From Octopus vulgaris (lineage: Eukaryota): DNA of 64,000 nt. Each line of letters opens with the position of its first letter. The stretch's first letter is position 1. A model generated the notes under the pieces. The model had not been told where the DNA came from. It made no database searches and saw only the letters and a list, made by a program, of their open reading frames with translations. Positions 55,530 to 64,000 of the stretch are shown one piece after another. The position numbers were made by a program, and so were the translations under genes. The stretch covers positions 69,874,001-69,938,000 of the forward strand of contig OX597833.1 in the NCBI GenBank assembly GCA_951406725.2, read 5' to 3'.

Positions 55530-57391
55530 TAGAGAAAGAGAAAAAGAGAAAGTGTCGAGGAATGAATGCGAAAAGGCGTTCTATAGAATGAGCGACAATG
55601 AATCATATAAGCCCCTGCTGCTATTTATTATTCGTTAATAGGCGGAGGAAAAGAATGATAACTTTTATTTGATTTGATAAGAATATTCAAGTAGATTGAT
55701 GTAGTTATTTCTGGTTTAGATTCCAACATTAACGATTCTTCTCCGCATTTTTATTCATTCACTCTCTTATTCAATCCGACAACTGATTGTGATTTAATTG
55801 AATATCAAAATTCGCAGATTAATAATAGCTAAGCTATTTTTGCAGTTGATATTTTAAATCTAACATTTTTCTTTCTGCCAGAGAGGCGATAAAAATCTTC
55901 ACTGTTTTCCCCCTTTTCAGTGAAAACTTATAAAGTATCGGTTAAAATAAAAGACGAATGATACTGAAGAGCTAAGTATTGTGATAGTGCCAACTGTTGA
56001 AAGAGTTTTATTAAAACCTATGAAAATACTCACTGAATCTTGTTTATCGTTTTTTTTTTCTTTTACTTGTTTTAGTCATTGGAATGATTGGCTATCACCT
56101 TAAGGAGTTTTGGCCAAACTAATCAGCCCCAATACTAATGTTATTTTCGACTAAACCCTCAAAGGTAGAGTCCAAACGTGGTAGCATTTCAAAAACAGAT
56201 AAAACGTAAAACGAGTTATGCAAATGCTCCAGCTTGACTGAGAAGAATTAAATTAATATAAGCACATGAAACGGTATTAGATTAAGATACTGTTGGATAT
56301 GATATTTAGATAAGTAAGTATTTAGTGAGTGAGTGAGTGAGTGAGTAAGGCTAAGAGGCTTCATCTGTTTCCGACCCATTTACACTTCTTCAGCGGAGTA
56401 CGTCCGCAAAATAGGACCGTTATTCACCTTGGGGGAGGTGATAACAGTCCATATGTTCTCCCCCACGGTGGGGAGAAGAGAAGCGCAGAGGACACGGCGG
56501 ACAGGCTACGGAGCAGGAAGCGCAGGGAATTGGTAAGGAAAACTCGTCTCCTGTCGGAGTGGGGGTTTGATACCCAGCACACGACATATTCGGAATGCAA
56601 TAACTATAAGCAGAGAATAGGATTGGTCGTAATCGTGTTCCTTCCAACAAAAGCAAACATATATTTATATCGATTGAAACGTAAATAAATAATTTGAAGG
56701 AATAAAAAGTACATTTTTAAAAGTACACTGCACGTAGGAGTGATATATTTCCAGAAGTGGAACGAAACGAATTCATCATTTTTACCATTGGCACAAATAA
56801 TGAACGTCTGAGGTGAAGATCAGCCATTGCGTTTAAACAAAGTCTATACAGACTCTCAAACTTAAGAGCTGCTCTATTCACATTTAAATCTTTTATTTTG
56901 TGAAATAAAATGTCATTCTCAGAAATTATTTTTCCAAAAACAATTTCAACAATTTCCTCCATTTATATAAGCGTAAAATCAATTTCCTATATTGACATCC
57001 ATACACATATATGCAGAACTGGCTGGACACCAAAATTGTAAGTAGGTATGATTTGTCTACAATAGTTGATAGCAACGGAGAACAAGGTTATCTGTAGTTG
57101 TTTATTCAATTTAATTAAATCGAGATTCTATATCTACCCCCCACTCTCCTTCTCTACTTGCTTTTACATAAGAAAAAAAACTATTGCCTTACATATTAGG
57201 TATATTCATAATTATTCTTAACTTTAAATCTGTAATTCATCAGGATAAAATGTCGTAGCCTGTAACCTTTTTCCATTGAAAGATCTAGTCTTCTGTAAAA
57301 GTTCAGCAGCTCTCTAGCAAGAAATAATTGATGCCTGGACCATAGGCCATACTTACACTTTGCGCGCACATGGAAGCAGAAAGCAAACACA

Positions 57392-57451
<60 letters not shown>

Positions 57452-57506
57452 CACATACACACATGTACGTATATACACATACACATGTACGTACACACAT
57501 GCATAA

Positions 57507-57538
<32 letters not shown>

Positions 57539-58965
57539 CTAAAATCATATATATATATATATATATATATATAACTACAATCAGAAACCAATTGGTCTAG
57601 GGAACTAGATGGTAAAATGATTTTCATTTTTCAATTCGTTCCTGTCGAATTTTATCCCTAATTTTTGTGGTTATAGAACCTAGCTGTTCTTTCTAGCGTG
57701 TTGAATTCCTATAAGTCGATTTCTTGTGTTTAAATATACACTATTTTGTATGAATAATATATAGTATTTTTGACTAAATTTTTCACACGTTAGACCACTG
57801 GAAATGTAAATTTTCATTAATTTCCATTTCCCTTTGATATGATTCATATATATATATATATGAGTGTGTGTACGTGTGTGTGTACTGGTGTAGTATAAAA
57901 TATGGATTCAGAGAATCGTGCGTCTATCACCGTAAGCTCCCCTTTCGGAATGGCTCGGCTATCTCTCCATAATGTGGTGCAATGCAATGTAATTTGTCCA
58001 TTTATTTGAAAATCCCCAAATCAAAGCGATTCCTTTTTTCCTTGACGAATATACGAAGCATATACAAAGTCAGGAGCCGTGAGCGGTGAAGATAGCTATT
58101 GGTCATAATTTCCCATACGACTTCCCTATGAATACATCTGTTTCTTAGCCTTCTATTCGTAGTAATTAATTTCAGTATACAAACATTATACGTAAATGTT
58201 TCCATCTGTACATATGCTGTGCATTATAAAATACAATTGTATATTCCCAATTTAATTCAAATATAGCAGGTTACTCATCAGATAAATGGAACAATATAAT
58301 TGCATCTACTGTCCGAACGAAGTGCAGCAGTTTCATTTAATAAAATTCATTCCTAATACACTGGTCGGTCTATGGTTAAAGTACAACACGCGTGTCTAAG
58401 GTACCGGGCAGTGGGACTGAACCCTGAATCACGTGGTCAAACATCGTGCTTGTTAACCCCAATTTTCCATAGTTTGTGCTGTTTGATATGACAGTAGATT
58501 ATAATTTCTGAGTGATATTGCTGCTATTTCTTATTGGTTGATGTCCACAGAGTACAGCAGTGGTTCTCATCTTGGGCAAGTGTCTTCTGCTATAGCCTCG
58601 GGCCAATCCATTTGTGAGTGGATTTGGTAGACAGAAACTGAAAGATGCCCGTCGTATATATAAGGCAGTATATCTAATACCTTACTAGTTAATCACCTGG
58701 AAAGTTTTGGAATATAAAAAGGTATAGCTTAATTAGAGGTCACAACATTAAATATGTATAACTTTTCACGCATACTGAATATCAATGTTTGGGTTTTACA
58801 TAATGGAGTCGGTTTAATTTTTGCAATTCTGTATATATAATTTTGTCCTTACTTTTCTGTTGCTGATCCTGTTGTCGTTGTTGTTGTTGTTGTTGTTGGG
58901 GGTTTAGAAAGATAATATTCTCCAAATATATCGTGCGAACCGAAATGTAGGTAGAGAACAAGATG

Positions 58966-59102
58966 CCGACGTTAACTTTGCCTTTCATTCTTTCTGGGTC
59001 GATAAAATAAATACCAGTTGAGTACTAGGGTCGACCTATTCGACTCATCATACATATGTATATCGCCTACCCCGAAATTGCCGGCCTTGTGCCAACATTT
59101 GA
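58966..59102 (+). mobile_element. Old family A SINE fragment
   Basis: ctttgcctttcatt...gggtcgataaaataaataccag. Confidence 0.7.
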
Positions 59103-59105
59103 AAC

Positions 59106-59153
<48 letters not shown>

Positions 59154-59165
59154 CATTATTATTAT

Positions 59166-59213
<48 letters not shown>

Positions 59214-59236
59214 TGGTGGTAGTGATGGTGGTGGTG

Positions 59237-59296
<60 letters not shown>

Positions 59297-59726
59297 CAGC
59301 AGCAGCAGTAGTAGTAGTAGTAGTTGTTTTTGTTGGTGATGTTCCATTGGGGGGATGGTGGGGAGAGAGAGAGAGAGAGGGGGGGGGTGGTGATGGGGGG
59401 GGATGGTAGGGGGGAGAGTTTGCAGATTGCTGTAGAATTGTGTCGTTTTGAAATTTTGGAAGACATTTGTAGAAATGATCTCTTCAATCGCACAAGACTT
59501 AAGAGGATGACATACTAGAGTTTTAATGAGTTTCTTATCTTTCTTTGGTTTTTCTTCTTGCTCTTTTATTGTTGTTTGTTGTTGTTTTAGCAGTGAGTTA
59601 ATCCAATGAAATGTTTTTCAACAGCATAGGAATAAAATATATACAAAATGGGAGAGCTAATCGTGAATATAACAACAATGACTGCAACATTAATAATAGT
59701 AATTATAATAAATGTCCTGATATATT

Positions 59727-60290
59727 ACCAGGCAGTGGCTCTCGTGGCTTCTGATCTTAACCGATTGGAAGTGTTATCATGTACATTGTTTTGTCTTGGT
59801 ATAAAAGATGGGCTACAGCAAATATTCTGCTTAATACCACAGATTTGCTTGTCAGTTGTTTGACCTTAACCAGTTGACCATTTCCCTTAGTGGCTGACGA
59901 TATGTGCATCTCTGATCACGAGCAGAAATAATGGGGGAGCATCATAGCAATGTGTTGAGAGGGATTCTTTGGGGTTTGAATAATTCACCCCTGGAAACAT
60001 GGATGGTTCGTTCAATGTCCTTAAACAACCCTTATTCAGGGACCAGTTAGGACCCCTTAACACCAATGGTTCCTCAAGAAGGCGCTCTCTCTTCCATCCG
60101 GCCTACAGGCGCACACTTAGAATGGGCCCATTCACGCGGGCCATTCTTGCCACAGTCACCCGCCTTGCAATGATTTTATTGTGTGACAGTACCTCTCTCT
60201 CCAGCTTCACTTTCCTTTTCATGGTGGAACCTGAAAAAGTTAATGAGGCCTTGGCTAAAGAGGAAGGTACTCGTCTTCAACCCTTTCAAT
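59727..60290 (-). mobile_element. L1/Tx1-like ORF2 C-terminus and downstream repeat sequence
   Basis: KRKVKLEREVLSHNKIIARRVTVARMARVNGPILSVRL*; similar to peptide at 2905-2980. Confidence 0.5.
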
Positions 60291-60339
60291 CGCGTCCATC
60301 AAACAACCCTTTTTGCCATAGCCACCAGAAATAAAGAAA

Positions 60340-61197
60340 ATTAAAGGGGAAAAGAACACAAAATAAGAACGAAGAGCACAAACAACTGTACGGCTGGTTT
60401 GCAAGAGGTACTAACGCCAAACAGATGCAGAAGACCGGTGGCTCTGGATTAGGAGGAGTGACCTGAAGACAGAGGCAGAAGACCAAGCATTAAGGACTAA
60501 CTATGTGTAGTGCAGAATCAACAGCACAACCGAGAGCGACAAGTGCAGAATGTCTCAGTTGTGTGAACCGTTATGACATATCGTTTTCGAATGCCCGAAA
60601 TTGGCAAAGTACAATTACAAAAGACGACATGACAATGTGGCAAGAATGATCCATTGAGAGCTCTTTGGAAATCACAACCTACAAAGAGCAAAGATGTGGT
60701 ATGAGAGAATCCCAAGAGTTACGAGAAGGAAGTTTGTAAAATCATGTGGGATGTAATGAGTGAGTGCGATCGAGTGATCAGATATCGAAAACCGGACGTT
60801 GTTGTGATGAATAAAAAGGAAAGAACTTGCAATGATAATTGACATAGCATGTTCCGATGAGAGCAGGTTCAAAGAGAGAGAAGAAAAACTGAACCAACTA
60901 TGATGATTTGAGATGGGAAATACGCAATGAAGGGAGTGGACGTGATGCCAATACCAATTAACGGACTTGGAAATATTGGAACTCAGCTACCAACATCGCT
61001 CAAACCGGTTTGTACAAATATAAAAGTAGAACGCTTATAAAAATCAGCATTGCTTGGAACTGCAAGAGTACCCCGTAAGGTTCTTGAAGCATGATCGGTA
61101 AACAAGTGTCACCTTAGTCTGCTGGCTGTGATCAGCTGACACTTTCCATCATACCCAGCAAATTAAGCTGTGACTTTTCATATAATAATAATAATAA
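60340..61197 (+). mobile_element. R4/Dong-like non-LTR element 3' region (CCHC knuckle plus RLE), pseudogenised
   Basis: DQALRTNY...DKCRM...HIVFECPKLA...YKRRHDNVA...KIMWD...RKPDVVV...IIDIA; (TAA)n tail. Confidence 0.92.
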
Positions 61198-61403
61198 GCG
61201 CACTGAAAAACCTCCAGCAAGGCAACACCAACGTCCTCTCAACGATTAGCTAGAGAGGATTTTTAAAATGAGAATATCTGAAATAAACTTGACTGCTCTC
61301 ACAAACGAGAATACTACAAATGAACATGATCGCTCTTAAGTAAGAAAGTAAGAAAGCAGGAAAAATAATCCAGAATCCTAGTAATAATAATAATAATAAT
61401 ATT

Positions 61404-61590
61404 TTCTACTCTAGGAACAATGTCCGAAATTTTTGGATCGACCCCAAAACGCAGCTGGTACTTACTTTATTAACTCCGAAATGATGAAATGCAAAGTCGA
61501 CCTCGGCGGAATTTGAACTCAGAACATAGACAGACGAAATACCGCTAAGCATTACGCCCGGCGTGCTAACGTTTCTACCAGATTGCCACC
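61404..61590 (-). mobile_element. SINE family A, older tail type
   Basis: family match, within (TAA)n. Confidence 0.8.
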
Positions 61591-61606
61591 TTAATAATAA
61601 TAATAA

Positions 61607-61637
<31 letters not shown>

Positions 61638-62458
61638 AAGAAGAAGAAGAAGAAGAAGAAGAAGAAGAAGAAGAAGAAGAAGAAGAAGAAGAAGAAATTT
61701 AATGTCTTATTTGGGAATAAGAGCTAGGGAAATATGCACCTCACCAATGTTTATACTCCCCAACAAATATTTGGAAATATCCCTCTTCTCGTACTTTACT
61801 GTAAAAGAAAAGGGCATCGATAATTTGGGACACATTTGTTTTCTTCCATGAAAGGAGAATTATTATTATCAAGGTTAATGCATGTACGATGGGACGTCTG
61901 TATTTTGAGGATAGAAAAAAATACTTTTGTCTCCCTCGAAATGTGAGGAAACTCTGCTGATATGATGGCACTAATTTAAATGGAATGCATATTAATTACT
62001 AACCATTTTACGATATCTGCGCAGTCAAGTTCTATTTCTCACAATATTTGTGATGAAAACTTCATCCATAACCAAATAGAAGCGTAAAAAATTTTACATT
62101 AGTAGCACACATTCACTAAATATGACAGCACGCTTAAATTAATTAAAATCAGTTGATATTACAATTTCTGGTTGACAAACATAATCACTGCAGCTCTATA
62201 TTAACCAAGTTTTCTGCAAACTGGAATTAAATGAGTGAGGGAGTGAGACAGAGTGACAGACAGACAGGCTGAGAGACCGGAATAGAGAGAAGAAGCGAGA
62301 GAGAGAAAGAGAACGACAGAGAAAACGAAGATAGAAGCTCCAAGTAATAAAGATTTTAATGCTGAGGACGGCTAGGAATGATACGAGTCAAACATTGAGT
62401 TTCAGCACTGTGGTGGCAGCAGAGACCTTACCATGCACACAAAAAATTCTTCAATATA

Positions 62459-62863
62459 GGCGCAGGAGTGGCTGTGTGGTAAGTAGCTTGCTTACCAACC
62501 ACATGGTTCCGGGTTCAGTCCCACTGCGTGGCACCTTGGGCAAGTTTTTTCTACTATAGCCTCAGGCCAACCAAAGCCTTGTGAGTGGATTTGGTAGACG
62601 GAAACTGAAAGAAGCCCGTCGTATATATGTATATATATATATATGTATATGTGTATGTGTGTGTGTGTTTGTTCCCCTAGCATTGCTTGACAACCGATGC
62701 TGGTGTGTTTACGTCCCCGTCACCTAGCGGTTCGGCAAAAGAGACCGATAGAATAAGTACCGGGCTTACAAAGAATAAGTCCCGGGGTCGATTTGCTCGA
62801 CTAAAGGCGGTGCTCCAGCATGGCCGCAGTCAAATGACTGAAACAAGTAAAATAGTAAAGAGA
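62459..62863 (+). mobile_element. SINE family B, full length
   Basis: A box tggctgtgtggt, B box gggttcagtccc, CORE-like ccttgggcaagt, internal microsatellite. Confidence 0.93.
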
Positions 62864-63142
62864 GTGTATATGTGTGTGTGCATATGTGCGTGAGTGTTGG
62901 GGGTATGTAGATTAGCTGTTAAAATATCAATTATAAAAAAAAAGGAAGCATAAAAGTCTTGATTAGAGCAATGGATGTAATTGCTGCTGAAATATCCAAA
63001 TTATGACTGAGTTACTCTTTTATTTCACGCGGGAGGAGTGTGTTAATGAAGGAAAATTTATTAAATTGATTTGAGATACGGTTGGAAAGTTGACTATTAT
63101 CGAAAATAAACTTGTAATATATTCTTTCTTTCTCTGTATATA

Positions 63143-63718
63143 TTGGGCTGGCAGATAAGTTCCCTCCGTTTTTTAAATTTGGGAATTTATTGCGATTTTA
63201 AATTTTGGAATCTATTTTTTTCGGAAATTCTATTTTTTAGTCCTTTTGGAATCTGTTTTTTTTTTTCTGTAGTTAATTTTAGTGAATTTTTTGTTTATTT
63301 TCAAATCATTAAAATGGAATTTCAAGTTAAGAAAAACGTGCATTTTCGACACCTCCTTTATTTTGCTTTTAATCAAGGCTCTAAGGCTGCAAAATCTGCT
63401 TGCGACGTTTGTGCTGTGTTTGGAGAGGGTGTCAAAGCTGAAAGAACCGCTCGTGACTGGTATGCCAAGTTCAAAAATTGAAATTTTGACCTCAAAGACT
63501 CACCTCGTTATGGCCATCCTCGTCAAACGATAAGGAAACTAGCAGAGAAAATGGATTGCTCCCACACTGCTATAGAGAAGCATCTTGTTGAACGTTGGGA
63601 TGAAGTTGTAAACAACAAGGGTGAAAATATTATTGATTAATTAGTTGTTATCTTTTATTAAACCTTTTAAAAATTTAAATTTAAAAACGAAACAGTGGAA
63701 ACTTAGTTGCCAACCCTA
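63143..63718 (+). mobile_element. Internally deleted mariner transposon
   Basis: TIRs ttgggctggcagataagtt / aacttagttgccaacccta with TA TSD; 63314-63640 encodes HTH MEFQVKKNVHFRHLL...WYAKFKN*NFDLKDSPR and C-terminus VERWDEVVNNKGENIID*. Confidence 0.92.
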
Positions 63719-63736
63719 TATATACACATGTGTTTG

Positions 63737-63813
63737 TTTCCTGAGCGTTATACTAATACATCAGTTTGTTTTGTACACCCCCTGTCTTAGTGTTTTGGTT
63801 TTTCGTAAACTCT

Positions 63814-63818
<5 letters not shown>
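63737..63818 (+). mobile_element. PLE-like tail fragment ending at (TA)n
   Basis: cctgagcgttatactaataca homologous to 3410-3490. Confidence 0.55.
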
Positions 63819-63865
<47 letters not shown>

Positions 63866-63874
63866 CTATAAATA

Positions 63875-64000
63875 TTTTACAAGTTTCAGTCATTTGAATG
63901 CGGACATGCTACAGCGCGGCGTTTAGGCAAACAAATCGGCCCCAGGACTTTAGTACTTATTGTATCGGCGTATTTTGACGAAACCCCTAAGTTATGGTTG
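63875..64000 (-). mobile_element. SINE family B 3' part, cut by window end
   Basis: tail match. Confidence 0.75.

Overview
AT-rich, repeat-saturated eukaryotic DNA, most likely intergenic or intronic octopus (coleoid cephalopod) sequence. The organism is inferred from the SINE families and microsatellite load, not proven. No intact host gene is evident, and most listed ORFs are microsatellite artefacts. Contents: three tRNA-derived SINE families (one forms 186-bp head-less concatemers), decayed R4/Dong-like, CR1, L1/Tx1-like and RTE-like LINE pieces, two mariner remnants, a pogo/Tc2-type MITE, a non-autonomous Helitron and many micro- and minisatellites. The most notable signal is a set of short, mostly (TA)n-anchored elements that are often partially inverted-duplicated and carry minimal type-I hammerhead ribozyme motifs with palindromic stem III, a Penelope-like-element hallmark. 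One is a head-to-head pair with a compensatory G3:C8 core swap. All structures and translations were derived by eye and boundaries are approximate.
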